Shown here in pieces: positions 1 through 14,029 of a DNA stretch of 64,000 nucleotides. The stretch's first letter is position 1. The number at the start of each line of letters is the position of its first letter. A program made the position numbers and the translations under genes. The notes under the pieces were generated by a model. That model did not search any database, was not told the DNA's origin, and saw only the letters and a program-made list of their open reading frames with translations. Origin of the DNA: Octopus sinensis. Its lineage: Eukaryota. The DNA lies in contig NC_043009.1 of the NCBI RefSeq assembly GCF_006345805.1, positions 3,410,001-3,474,000 on the forward strand, written 5' to 3'.

Positions 1-94
1 ATGCAGTCATAGGTAAATTGAAATGTCATGGAAAGCAAATCACCCTCGGACCCTGCATTAACACCAAAGTCTTTTTTTTTTATTAACGAGCTTT

Positions 95-484
95 TTTTTT
101 TACTTGTTTCAGTCATTTGGCTGCGGCCATGCTGGAGCACCGCCTTTGGTCGAGCAAATCGACCCCGGGACTTATTCTTTGTAATCCCAGTACTTATTTT
201 ATTGGTTCTTTTGCCAAACCGCTAAGTGACGGGGATGTAAACACACCAGCATCGGTTGTCAAGCAATGCTAGGGAGACAAACACAGACACACAAACACAC
301 ACACATATATATATATATATATACGACGGGCTTCTTTCAGTTTCCGTCTACCAAATCCACTCACAAGGCATTAGTCGGCCTGGGCTATAGCAGAAGACAC
401 TTGCCCAACATGCCACGCAGTGGGACTGAACCCGGAACCATGTGGTTGGTAGCAAGCTACTTACCACACAGCCACTCCTGCGCC
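95..484 (-). mobile_element. tRNA-headed SINE, family A (central (TA/CA)n microsatellite)
   Basis: Same body (cagtcatttgactgcggccatgctggagcaccgcc...gtaaacacaccagcatcggttgtcaagc...gacgggcttctttcagtttccgtctacc) recurs about 9 times in the window; the head on the minus strand has A-box (TGGCTGTGTGG) and B-box (GGTTCAGTCC) like motifs. Confidence 0.85.
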
Positions 485-711
485 TTAAGCTTAGTCTTAA
501 TCACATATCAAAACGTGATCTCGAATATTTAATTCCTTAGCCACTTTTGGGACTGCTAGATTAAATTTATTCAAACTTATTTAGCTATTATTTTCTGAGG
601 GAGATGATGAGTATGCCTATCATATTCTCCGATAATTCCCTAAATGTTCATTTACTAAAAAATGTATAATTATGTGTGTGTGTATATGTGTATGTGTGTA
701 TATATGTATAT

Positions 712-816
<105 letters not shown>

Positions 817-831
817 CACACGCACATATAC

Positions 832-862
<31 letters not shown>

Positions 863-1692
863 CATACACACACACATATACATATATATACATATATATA
901 TATATAATGTTTCATTCCTCATTGTTTCCTATTTTTATTTCACCTTCAAATGCAGAGCTGTGCTTTTGTATATAAGCGACTTAGGCGATTGGTGCATATA
1001 TTGTTTCCGTGCATGACACATAACGGCTAACGCAACGGCGTTATGTTATATATAAGTCAAGTGTCTATCATTATTGAATATAAAATCTAGAAAATTGATG
1101 TTCTCTTTCGTATAAACACTCTCTCTCTCCCACACTGTCTGTCTGTCTCTCACTCTCTCTATCTCTCTCTCTCTCTCACATACAGAGTACTATTCAGTCG
1201 ACTATAGAACAAGTCATTTCCTGGTCATTACGTGAAAAGAACATCGAGAGAGCCATCATCCGGAGTAACCAACAGTTCAAGTAATAAGGAAGTTAGGGTC
1301 GTGAATACAGTGGTTGTGTTGCGATAGTCATAAATCAATGTCCAATCTATGCCCTAACTCTCGGCATCACGCTCTAAAATTGTTATTGTCAAAGTGTCTG
1401 CGAACAAAAAAAAAAAAAAGAAAGAGAAAAGAAAATCAAGGAAGCGTTACCATAACTACTAAACATTATGAGATCCATTGCGAAGCGAATATTATACCAA
1501 TATAGACTTATAACAAAAATGCACCAAGGCATAAATATCCATGGCATTAGTTTGATTGGATACGTTATTGATTGATAATATTGTCCTCTTGTTAGTTCCA
1601 ATTGAATTAAAAGACTTAATGGCTATCCATATAGCACCCATCTCATGTACAAATACATAAATGTAACATATATATATATAGATATAAATCAG

Positions 1693-1727
<35 letters not shown>

Positions 1728-1928
1728 TATATATATACATAGAGATATATATATATATACATACACGCATATGTGTACACACACACGCGCGTATATATAC
1801 GTATATATATATATATATGTGTGTGTGTGTCTATGTTTACGTATGTATTTGTGTTTACAATAGAAGTAACTTAATATTCATGTTACCGTTTAGCCGTATA
1901 CATACATACATATATACATATGTTTAAA

Positions 1929-1961
<33 letters not shown>

Positions 1962-2033
1962 CGTGTTTGAATGTGTATGTACATATTTACATAAATGTAC
2001 ATGTATGTATATAGATTTATGCACACAAGCTCG

Positions 2034-2109
<76 letters not shown>

Positions 2110-3331
2110 CAGATGAATAATATGAGCGAAGTTAGTACCTATGTATTATTATTCTTGCTGGCTGTATGCACGCATGTGGGCGAAGGCTCCCGTTAGGTGA
2201 TATACGCAGGATTTTGAAACTCGATGAAAATTAATACAGTATGTACTTTGTTGAATGAATCGTTTCTATATCTCTTGCAATATATAGATTCTAACTTCAG
2301 TGAGAAAAAGTCTTCAACAATATGATGAGCAATAGGCGTCTTCATGCAATTTAAATTCATTTTTAACTTAAACTCGGAACGAATTCATAGATAAGTAGTA
2401 ACAGGATGTTTAAAGAAATAATATACACATTTCCATTGAAAGAGAACTTCGTATCAATTACAACATTGTCAGACTGATAAAAGATATAATTAGTCTTAGT
2501 TTTCTAATCTATTTCATTACACTATCAATTAAAATGCTGTGTCGCATTTACTTTATATCCTTAAATAAAAAACGCAATTGTTTCGTCTGATGACAACGCT
2601 AAACATCATTATTTAGAAACTGGCTGACATAAGGATGTAATTGTATCATTAGCCATGATATTAATATCTCCTGAGTATGAAATAAATAGGAACGTATTAA
2701 TGTATCCTCCACAGTGCAGTAACTGGATAGAATTTCTCTCATGACCACCATCAACGTCATTGTTATTAATATTCAGGCAAATAGTAAGGCATTGGACTAA
2801 TATACATCGATATCACGAACTAATATCAATATTATGCATCATTGAAGCGGTGAAGCCGCAGAACCACTAAAGAAAGATAATTTAATAATTGCAACTGCAA
2901 AAGTCTGTATGACAAGTTCAAATACGGTTGAAATATGTATTTATATGACACTATTTCATCCCTGCTTCTAGACGTGAAATAAGTTTCTTCCATGATTTTC
3001 GATAAAATTATTCTGGATGTCGTAATATTCGGAACTCGAAGACATAATTAACGTGTCAAATATAAAAAATCCTTACTACTATAAGCACAAGGCCTGAGCT
3101 TTTGAGGAAGTAGTCTAGTCAGTTACATTGAAATAAGTCGACGACTGCTACTTATTTCATCGTCCGCGTAAAGGAGTAAGACCATGTCGACCTCATGCAG
3201 AATTTAAAGTCAGACTCTGAAATCGAAAGATATAACGCTATATATTTTCTCCGGTCTCCCTATCCTGGGGTCGTCCCAAGACTTACAACCTCTATTCTAT
3301 GATGTTAGACTTCTCATTTTGCGTCGTCTCT

Positions 3332-3535
3332 TACATGTTTCAGCCGTTTGCCTGCGGCCATGTTGGGGGAGGTGTGTGCCTTGAATGGTTTTAGTCGAAC
3401 GAATCAACTCCAGGACATAGTCTTTATTCAGTCGGTTTCTTTTTGCCGAAACGCTAAGTAACGGCGACGTAAGCACATCAACATCGTTTTACAGGCGGTG
3501 GGTGAAGGATAAGGACACAAAAACAAGTACACAGA
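3332..3535 (-). mobile_element. SINE family A, 3' half only, diverged
   Basis: Matches the tail of the 95-484 copy (gtttcagccgtttgcctgcggccatg...gccgaaacgctaagtaacgg). Confidence 0.7.
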
Positions 3536-3599
3536 TATACATATGCCTAGATATATACATAACACTTTTAAACTTTGGTTTTTCCTATTCCTATGTTGT

Positions 3600-3780
3600 T
3601 ACTTTGCCATTCTCTCTCCTTTTTATTCTCTCACTCTTTATATTCTCTTTTGAAGAGCGTAGGCTCGAAACGTAAAAGACTTTCTCTCTTTTCTGAGCGT
3701 TAAACTAAACTGATATACCTGCTTGTTGTTCACACACCAGCCTTCGTCTTCAGTTTTTCTGTAAATTTCAACAATATATA
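3600..3780 (+). mobile_element. Penelope-like element 3' terminus (solo) with degenerate hammerhead-like motif
   Basis: tgaagagcgtaggctcgaaacgt...ctgagcg...cacc.gccttcgtctt is homologous to the 3' end of the Neptune-type PLE at 57661-57800 (reverse complement); ends in a TA tract. Confidence 0.75.
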
Positions 3781-4684
3781 TTGGGTTCTCCGGAAAGTAC
3801 GTGCCGATTTATAGTAGCTTAACTTTCGACTTATTTTAGAACATGGCTGAGTACATAAAGTAGGATTTCACTACACCTCCATTTAGAGCACAGTTTACGC
3901 TATCTTTTCGTGAAAGAAGGTTTATGTTCCTATAACCTGTGTTAATTCTGTAACCCTTTCAAATGGAAGATGAGAAAGTTCATTTCCGGCACTTGATGCT
4001 TTTCCTTTTCCGTAAAGGGAAAAATGCCTCACAAGCAACCAAAGAAATATGTGCAGTTTACGGTGATGTTTCTTTATCCGAAAGAACTGTACGGAAGTGG
4101 TTCACAAGGTTCCGAGCTGGAGATTGTAGCTTTATTGATAAAGAGCGATCAAGCAGACCGTCCACAACATATGATGACCAAATCAAGTCATTAATTGAGA
4201 ATAACCCACATTGCACAACTCGAGAATTGGCAGAAAGCCCTCAACCTATCAAAATCTGTCGTTCATAAGCTCCAGGTAAAGCTGGGTTACAGAAATGGCT
4301 ACGATATTTGGGTACCACATGAGCTGAGTGAGAAGAACATTTTGGATCGCATTTCCATCTTTCGCTTTATAAACGGAATGAAAAAGCGCCTTTTTTAAAG
4401 CAAATTGTGAGAGGTCATGAGAAATGGATTATCTACCGATATGTTCAGAGAAAGCGATCCTGGAGTAAGCGACATGAGCCATCTTTAGCCACCCTCAAAG
4501 CAGATCTTCACACTAAAAAAGGCTGGTGGGATTGGAAAGTAATTCAGTACTATGAGCTTCTCTCCCAGACAATTAATTCAGACGAGTTAAAAGTAGCAAT
4601 TCTAGAGAAAAGTCCAGAATTGGCCAACAGGAAGGGTGTTGTTTTCCAACATGATAACGCGAGACCGCACGTTTCTTTGGGAAC
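3779..4684 (+). mobile_element. mariner transposon, 5' TIR plus frameshifted transposase, 3'-truncated
   Basis: TA followed by TIR ttgggttctccggaaagtacgtgccgattt; ORF pieces 3963-4268, 4195-4398 and 4407-4684 give MEDEKVHFRHLMLF..ICAVYG..RTVRKWF (HTH), WVPHEL, (G)HEKWIIY and FQHDNARPHV, all mariner hallmarks. Confidence 0.95.
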
Positions 4685-4894
4685 GATCCTTCTTCCAAGA
4701 AATCTAATGCTCGTAGCTTAGTTTTTCCTTGGGACTGGCCGGATCGGAGCGATCTCAAGATTAATCAGCCGAAATTGCTACGATGATCCGGTTCTTGACT
4801 GAAGATTGAGGGCTTCGAATGTCCCGTCCGTGTTTTTTGTATCGTCTTCTAAGTGTTCTGCGTTTTTGTCCCAGTTTGTATTTTTCTACATATA

Positions 4895-4932
<38 letters not shown>

Positions 4933-5114
4933 CTTCCTTTTTCTTTTCTTTTTTTTTTCTTTTTCATATATATATGATATTATAAATATATGCATATATG
5001 CATGTATATATATGAATTTGTTTGCTTAATGAGATAAAAACAAAGGCTGCATAGATATTAGGGCATTTATAGATATGTCTTACAGCTGTTCTAATATCCC
5101 AATATGTATATATA

Positions 5115-5154
<40 letters not shown>

Positions 5155-5166
5155 TATATATATATC

Positions 5167-5258
<92 letters not shown>

Positions 5259-5279
5259 TATAACATATATATATATATG

Positions 5280-5310
<31 letters not shown>

Positions 5311-6121
5311 GAATTTATGCATGTATTGAGATCATGTGTCCGATGATTCTGAGTCTCTGTTCAAATTTTTCCTTGCAAAAGGTAATAAACGTATGTATGT
5401 ATGGATGTATGTATGAATGCATGTATGTGTGTGTGTGTGTGTGCATATTGCGTGTGCGCATGTGGGTTTGTGTCTGTATGTACGTATGTATGTATGTATC
5501 TGTGCGTGCTCACATATCTGTTTAGATATATCTTTTCAGTTGAAATAATTTTCTTCCTCTTCGGGATTAATTTTCTATGAATTTATATAGCCATGAAATT
5601 ACGTATTTTGCAACCCCCCATTCCCACAACACCCGCGCCCGCACGCACCACACTAGATGCACAACGCTACACACACGCGGAGGTGCAGAACCGAACCATA
5701 GGTACATACGTTCACATCTCCTCTACAGTCTTTCCATCTGCACACAAAGAAGTGCACGTAAGTATATTATGCATACATATATTTGTATTTATGTGCGTGT
5801 ACGCCTATTACTTGAGTATATGTATATATATATATACATATATATACATATATATATATGTACATATATATATATATATACTTTTACGTATTTTCGCATG
5901 GATGCATGGTTATATTAATATATATATATATACATATATATATATACATAATATATATGTACATATATATATATATATATATATCTATATATATACACAT
6001 ATATATGTACATATATATACATATATGTATATGTACATATATATATATATAATATATATATACATATATATACATATATATATACACACACACATATATA
6101 TATATACATATATGTACATAT

Positions 6122-6160
<39 letters not shown>

Positions 6161-6180
6161 GATATATATATATATATATA

Positions 6181-6217
<37 letters not shown>

Positions 6218-6234
6218 TATATATATATATATAG

Positions 6235-6268
<34 letters not shown>

Positions 6269-6288
6269 TATATATATATAACATATAT

Positions 6289-6322
<34 letters not shown>

Positions 6323-6989
6323 GTATATATATATATATATATGAATTTATGCATGTATTGAGATCATGTGTCCGATGATTCTGAGTCTCTGTTCAAATTT
6401 TTCCTTGCAAAAGGTAATAAACGTATGTATGTATGGATGTATGTATGAATGCATGTATGTGTGTGTGTGTGTGTGCATATTGCGTGTGCGCATGTGGGTT
6501 TGTGTCTGTATGTACGTATGTATGTATGTATCTGTGCGTGCTCACATATCTGTTTAGATATATCTTTTCAGTTGAAATAATTTTCTTCCTCTTCGGGATT
6601 AATTTTCTATGAATTTATATAGCCATGAAATTACGTATTTTGCAACCCCCCATTCCCACAACACCCGCGCCCGCACGCACCACACTAGATGCACAACGCT
6701 ACACACACGCGGAGGTGCAGAACCGAACCATAGGTACATACGTTCACATCTCCTCTACAGTCTTTCCATCTACACACAAAGAAGTGCACGTAAGTATATT
6801 ATGCATACATATATTTGTATTTATGTGCGTGTACGCCTATTACTTGAGTATATGTATATATATATATACATATATATACATATATATATATGTACATATA
6901 TATATATATATACTTTTACGTATTTTCGCATGGATGCATGGTTATATAAATATATATATATATACATATATATATATACATAATATATA

Positions 6990-7035
<46 letters not shown>

Positions 7036-7154
7036 TATGTACATATATATACATATATGTATATGTACATATATATATATACATATATATACACATATAT
7101 ATGTACATATATATATACACACACACATATATATATGTACATATACACACACAC

Positions 7155-7200
<46 letters not shown>
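5311..7200. repeat. 1032-bp tandem duplication bounded by (TA)n tracts
   Basis: 5311-5914 matches 6343-6946 at a constant offset of 1032, with only one substitution noticed (ctgcacac vs ctacacac). Confidence 0.95.
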
Positions 7201-7210
<10 letters not shown>

Positions 7211-9197
7211 GTATATGTATGTACGTATGGATGCATGCTTATATATATATATATAACATATATATTCATTTTAGTGTGTATGTTTTCACATACTAAACGC
7301 CGGAAATGTGATCATTCATTCACATATGTGTTTGTGAATGTGTATGTGTATATATGTATACGTGAGTCTATGTTTCATGACATTTTATGTTTGTTTATAG
7401 GTTTGCATATTTCGAATGCGTTTCCCGGGGTGTTTTGGATAACTGAACTGCAATAATTCGCTGAATGTGAAGGAGAAAATTATCAGTTTGGAAGTAATGT
7501 CACAGAAGGAACCGTTCCCAGTAGCTTCTCGCAGGCTACATTCTCGTGACGTAATTGCAGAAATCAAGCATTCTTGAAAAGCCCTTGCACGTTTTGCTAA
7601 ATTAAGGAGAACCGCGCAGCTACCTCATATAGTCTGAAAATATCTTCAGATTCTTATCTTCTTGTTATGATTAGTCACTTTAGAATATGACTACAAGATG
7701 TTACAGAAATTATGAAACCTTTCTGTCGTTAAATTCCCCTATACGTATCAGAGTTCTTTTCGCTTTTCAGTTTTTATAATGACACTTTAAAATATGAGTC
7801 GATATGAGCTAATATAATAGCTAATTGCTATGCAAATTTGAGGAGGTCAACTCGTTGGTATTAGCAAATATTTCATATATTTTGGTTACATAAATGTGCA
7901 ATTCAATTCATAAGCACTTGCTTTGTCAGTTGTCATCGCTGTCTGTTATTTATTGTTCAAAATTCATTACATTCTCTTTTCCATACAACATTTTCTCATT
8001 TGCCATCTTTTCTAAAATATCCAACAATACCAAAAATTTTTGTGTGCTTAATCAAAATTATAATAATATGAATTTGCAATTTGTTCTAAATGCTTTATAT
8101 AAACACAATATGAATAAACATGTGATTTACTCTGATCTGTTCTATAAAATCAATACGAGAAAATTGAATAGGTATCATTATTGGTTTATTTTTGACAAAG
8201 TTAGAAGCAAATGTCTAGGAATTTATAAAAATACTAACCAGTGATGAGCTACCAATAACTGAAACTTTATATGACCCTGTGAACAAGCTGTTGCACGAAG
8301 AACTTTATAAGTAATTGTATAATAAATTTGTTATTTACGCAAGAAACAAATAAATATTATAGTGAAAAATTAATGGATTATATCGACAACATTTGTCAAA
8401 CGTAAAAGAATTAAAGTCGATCACGGTGCAATTTGAAAAATTAAAATTAATATGAAATTTAATTCATTAAGAAAAAATACCTAATGCGATTGAATGTCAA
8501 AAGATACAATTATGCAAAATATGCACGAATCTTTCCTTTCTAATCCCCGAGTGGTTAGGCTAATTTGTAACGGTTTATCTTTTTTTATTCTTAGTTTAAA
8601 TGCAGCTCATTTTAATTTTGTTGTGTATTTCCTTCTAATTCGATAATTATTTACTTATTGTGTTGAAGGACTCCTTTACAATGTGGTTATTTTGTAACAC
8701 GTGTCTTTTGTTAACAAATCTAAAACTCATATCAAATTCGGTGTCGCTTTTATACATATTCTTCGAAGTCAATATGCAAATGCTTGGAATATTTGGTGCA
8801 TTTTCTATTAGCAAGATTCGCTTATTTTGTTTTCTTTTGAACATCATGATTTAAAATAAGATTACAGATCTAATTATTGCGGTCATTTGTGAATTGCTTC
8901 GAGAATTTCATTGCATCAAATTTTGTAGCGGAATACTATGTCATTCAAGACAGTTATTCCATAATTCTCAGTAATTTAACTCGGAACAAATTTATTATAA
9001 CTTGCATTTTAAAATGTAGATACTCAGCTTATCCTTTCCGCCAACAATTATATATTTTCTTCTCTAGCACTGCCCGCACTCTGAGTTTGAATTCAAGAGT
9101 TCATAAGATATTAAAGTTTTAAAAAAATTGATTATCAATTCACTTAATTCAATCTAATGTTATATTTCGGGATGTTTTTTTTGTGAAATTATTATTA

Positions 9198-9233
<36 letters not shown>

Positions 9234-9299
9234 TATTTATTATTATCATTATTATTATTATTATTATTATTTAAAAAAATGTTTTTAGTAAACTTAGTT

Positions 9300-9580
9300 T
9301 ACTACGTGTACCCTTTACGTAGTTCTCGGGGTGATTCAGCGTGACACAGTGTGACAAGGCTGGACCTCCGAAATACAGTTACAACAGAAACAGGAAGAAA
9401 GGGTGAGAGAAAGTTGTGGTGAAAGAATACTGCAGGGATAGCTACGATCCCCTGCCGCATACTCGTGGAGCTTTTTAAGTATTTTGCTAAAAAAAAAAAT
9501 CAAAATCGGTCTGGGAATCGAAACCGTTATCCTACGACCGCGAGTCCGATGCCCTAAACACTAGGCCATTGCGCCTCCAC
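9300..9580 (-). mobile_element. tRNA-headed SINE, head B plus tail 2
   Basis: Head ggaggcgcaatggcc.agtg.ttagggca...gtttcgattcccagac; 3' part ccttgtcacactgtgtcacgctgaatc is shared with family C. Confidence 0.8.
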
Positions 9581-9864
9581 CGTCCCCAATATATATATAT
9601 ATAACAATATTTGCAAAAACAGTAATTTACCCGATGATATACCTTTTTATTACGCTTTGTGTGAAAAAAAAATAACAATGTATGGGAAATTGAGAGCACA
9701 TGATTGTTCATCTCCCGTTTGTAGACTAGGACAGGTTATCATGATGTCAGTATTGGCGACATTAATGCAGAGCTGCGATTATAACTCCTCAGATAAATAC
9801 TGAAACCCCACGGCAAAACTTTCACAGTATTATAGCTGAAAACATTAATGATTATACACTAGTG

Positions 9865-10150
9865 GAATGGGAACTCTCCGTCGGTTACGATGACGAGGAT
9901 CACAGCTGATACGATTAACGGAACAGGTTGTTAGTGATATTAACGTGCTAGTGGCCGAGCACTCTATGAACACGTGTGCCCTTAACGTAGTTCTCAGGTA
10001 GATTCAGCGTGATACAGAGTGTGACAAGGCCGGCCTTTTGAAATACAGGTACTACTCATTTTTGCCAGCTGAGTGGTTTGGAGCAACGGGAAATAAAATG
10101 TCTTGCAGAAGGACCCAACGCGTCGCTGGGAATTGAATTCAGGATCTTAA
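9865..10150 (-). mobile_element. SINE family C, diverged
   Basis: Homologous to 31380-31697 (ctccgtcggttacgatgacgagg...cccttaacgtagttctc...tttttgccagctgagtgg). Confidence 0.8.
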
Positions 10151-10391
10151 GATCTTATGATTAACCTATACAATATACTAGGTTGAATAATGTAAATAAA
10201 TTGAAATTATTCCTGCAATTTGTAGGGAATTAGATAACAACTTGGTGACGAAATAAATATAGAAAACTCGCACAAAAAGACAATAATTGCTATCGCATTG
10301 CTGAGAGTTTTTGTAAATACTAAAAAGGCACAGAGGAATATAGCACAAAAAATGATAAATACATACATTTATACAAACATATACACACATG

Positions 10392-10442
<51 letters not shown>

Positions 10443-10459
10443 GTATATATGTATAGTTA

Positions 10460-10658
10460 ATCCGAACATGAAAACACAACAACGCGAGGACGTGGATCAA
10501 GTATAGTGTTATTGGACGCTCAGGAAAGGAAAGAAAGGAGGTGGATTTAACGTTTCGAGCGGAGCTCTTCGTCAGAACCAAACATAGAAAAGGGAAGATC
10601 CAAGGGAGGTAAGACGGAGGAAAAAATCGCCAACGATATACACGCGGCCACATTTTGA

Positions 10659-10660
<2 letters not shown>
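10460..10660 (-). mobile_element. Penelope-like 3' terminus with hammerhead-like core CUGACGA-A-GAGC/GCUC-GAAACGUU
   Basis: Shares gcgctcagg, ttaacgtttcgagc and gctcttc with the Neptune 3' end; flanked by (TA)n on both sides. Confidence 0.75.
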
Positions 10661-10707
<47 letters not shown>

Positions 10708-12387
10708 TACTTGTAAAGAGCTTATTTCCTATGTAAGAAGTAAGGAAATCCAGTCCAAGCAAGCTGCGCGTATTCGCGTTGCAAAGGGTCATCAAAAACC
10801 GAAATGCATCTACCGTTCTCGTTGGCTGCTTCTGGAATGCATCCCACCCCCTCTGATATTTATTGTGTTTTTAATACGTCCATAAAATGTTATTTCATGG
10901 CAAATACCGCAGTATCTGGCCAACCGACAATGTATATGCACTAAGTACAGTACCTATATGATTATTTTAACACTGACTCAATTGCGTGAACGGATTCGTG
11001 AATAAGTATACACACAAACCCCACCCACACACACACACACAACACAACACAACACAACACACAACACACACGTACATACAAACACATATGTATAAATACT
11101 GACATCGATATAACTGAATTTAAATATCCCAGAGAACATTCTGCACACTAAATGCCAATTTGATGCTTGTGATATATCGAGAGTAGTGAGTCTGAAAACT
11201 TCGAACTGCCTTATTATATCATCACCATTTCCAATGCAATAATTGAATTTATCACTAGTATCTCCGTTCTGAGTTGTTTTCTTTTGTTTCCTGATGTTAT
11301 ACAATTCTTGTGCGTAATTTCTAACATTTTCATATATAATATTCACTGCAATCTTTTCATTCTTCTCATTGAATCATTCCACAAAATCAATTGTAACTCA
11401 CTTATAATGGTAATTTACCTCAGCAAATACACTCCCTCTTTAATGTCTTTGCATGTAGAACTAGCAGACGTGTGCGTTTGAGACTTCTATAATCTTAGTA
11501 TCGTATCGCATGGTATTTGTCATAGGAAAATTATTGGCAAGTACAGGTGTAGTAACAAAATAAATATATTGTTTGTATTTAATTTTCGCATATTATTTGT
11601 TTCTTAACATTAAATTCAGTAGTTGTCCATACTAGTTTTCTAAATTCACTGTTACGTTACTTTATATTAGCTTTTGTGTACCTTTGACATTCTTTGTAGA
11701 TTATATGCTCCATACGTATTGTCTATCATTCCATCAATAGTTCTCAATAGCTGTATACTTTATATTTCATCTTTGTGAAATCATGAATCAATAAGCGCCA
11801 TTCAATTTTACAAACACCTCCAGGTCATGTATATCGAATATATTGCTTCTTTTTCCTTTCATTTCGTGTCCATGTGTTTTCAAAAGATTCCAGTTCATTC
11901 AACGAAGCACACAGAAAATTGGAGTTAAAAAAATGCGTTAACAGCTACGTTTTCCCTTCGTATTATTAAGGCACGATTCATCCCTTTACCATACCGTGGC
12001 TGATAAATTCTTTCGTTGTTTACTTGGTACTGCTTATGACAAAATTTCTAATTATCCAGCTTTTGCAGACCAAAATGTAAATTTTGTTTTTTATATTGTT
12101 CATTGACCATAATTTTCTCTGCAAAGGCTCACACTGGATTGAATCAGCTAAGAACCGCAGCTCACTTTTCATTTGATTATTCCCTGTTTAACTTGCTAGC
12201 AATTGGTTTTCATTACTCGGTTCATTTTTTTTTTTTTTGTATATATTGCTGGACACAATCATTTTTATCTAAATGCTGTTAGTTAATTCTCTTGCCATCA
12301 GTTTTACAGGGGCATAATATTTCGCTAGATGGAAAGTACCTTTTATACTCATCATCATCGTCCTCGTCATCATCATCATCATCATCA

Positions 12388-12419
<32 letters not shown>

Positions 12420-13830
12420 TTATTATATTTTATGGTTGGCTTTTGCTTTACATTTGTAAAAGTTGGCTCCAAGTCTCACCCAGAGACCTCAAGACACAAC
12501 AAGCTGGAGGTCCATGTTGGTGTTATGCCTAGGGTGCCATGTATTTGCTTTTGTACATAGTGTTGATCTAGAGAATTTTTAAGAAACCATAAGAAAATAA
12601 TGTTTGTTTTAAAACTTGAGATTACATAGAAAGTATTTTGCGTAGGATATGAGCAGTTCCCATGAGCACTATCTTTTGAATTTCTGCCATTTTGCGGTTT
12701 CCTGGCATCTGAGCTAGGTTGCAATCATCCCCTTTTGCTATCATTCCTTATGACAGCAGGTATTGTTTTAGTCTTCAGTTTCCACATTTTGTTAATTTGC
12801 ATTATGTCTGCGTTTATAAGTATCAATCAAAATATCACTTTTCTTACAGATTCTATAATTGCTGTCTGACCGAGTTTTGTCGAGCTCTGCCTCTATCACA
12901 CTTCATCCGAGTGCATGTTTCTGAGTGTCTATAATTAACTTTTCTGTCTCCCCTTTCAAGTTTCAATCTGTCAGCCACAGTCAGCGATTTCCATTTCCAA
13001 CATTCTCGATGTGTTGCCTGAACTGACCATGAAGTTCCGTTTTTGCATTTTGCTGTACAATTTGTTTCCAATTTTGTTATCCTGTTGTTCTTCGTTTTCT
13101 TTTTTAGATTCTTATACTACTTCAGTCACGTGTTGGATATCCCTGCTTGCCAATAGTATTATTTGTTTAGCCTGCACAACATTATCTGTAGACTCAATAA
13201 CGTTTAGTAATCTACTGCTTTCTACCTTTATTGCTACGTACAGTGCATCGGAAACGATTTTAGGGTGGAGTGCGCTGTAGATTGTGAGCAACATTCTGGT
13301 TCTATCCAAGTACTGTAGCCCAACCTTTGTCTATTTTTTAAATTGGCATAGTATCTCAATATGGGCATACTCCATGTATTTTAAAGATATTCCCTCCATA
13401 TAATTTTTCTTCGAGCAATTCGCAAATTCTCATTTTGTACCATTTAGCAACTTCATTTCTCCCTTCATTATCCTAGCATCTTGCTTCTCACCCAGGTATT
13501 TACAAACCACTCCGCTATTCCACTGTGAACTAATAATGTTGCCCTAGGGTAATTTTACGTTCTGCGTGCTTTTCTACCCTAAACTGAATCCCAGAATCTT
13601 TAGTGCATACTTATGCTATTTGACTAAAAGTGTCTCGTTGTGTCTCATTTATTGTAAATAACATTACATCATCCAAAAGATGTAGGTGATTTATTTTCTT
13701 TAGAATTGGTAATCTCTTAGGCACGCCTGGATTTCTTAGTATTCTTCTCAGAGTGCTCAGTGCAATGATGAAGAGTAATGGAAAGCGCGAGTCGCCTTGG
13801 AAAATACCCCTACATATTTTCACATTGCCT
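12420..13830 (-). mobile_element. degraded, internally deleted R4/Dong-like (RLE-type) non-LTR retrotransposon
   Basis: RT motifs RGIFQGDS.FPLLFIIAL and INHL.LLDD (13611-13823); RT-downstream motif RMLLTIYSALHPK..DALY (13112-13309); 3' end near 12460 followed by an (AAT)n tail. Confidence 0.75.
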
Positions 13831-14029
13831 GGCTATTCATTTCCGCATGTCAGTTCCAATTTCCACACTCTAATTGCGTATAATTTTTGTTGTTGTTTTT
13901 GTTAAGGCTGCCAGCTGGCAGAATCGTTAACTTAGCGGTACTTTGCTCTTCCCTATATTCTGAGTTCAAATTCCGTCGACTTTATACTTCATACATTACA
14001 TACATTTCGTGGTCGATAGATTAAGTACA

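Noticed and set aside
4690-4900. CUGAAGA...CGAAUGUC hammerhead-like motif after the mariner truncation
   Set aside because: Stem II does not pair properly and A15.1 is missing; probably a decayed retroelement end, but not supportable as a ribozyme.
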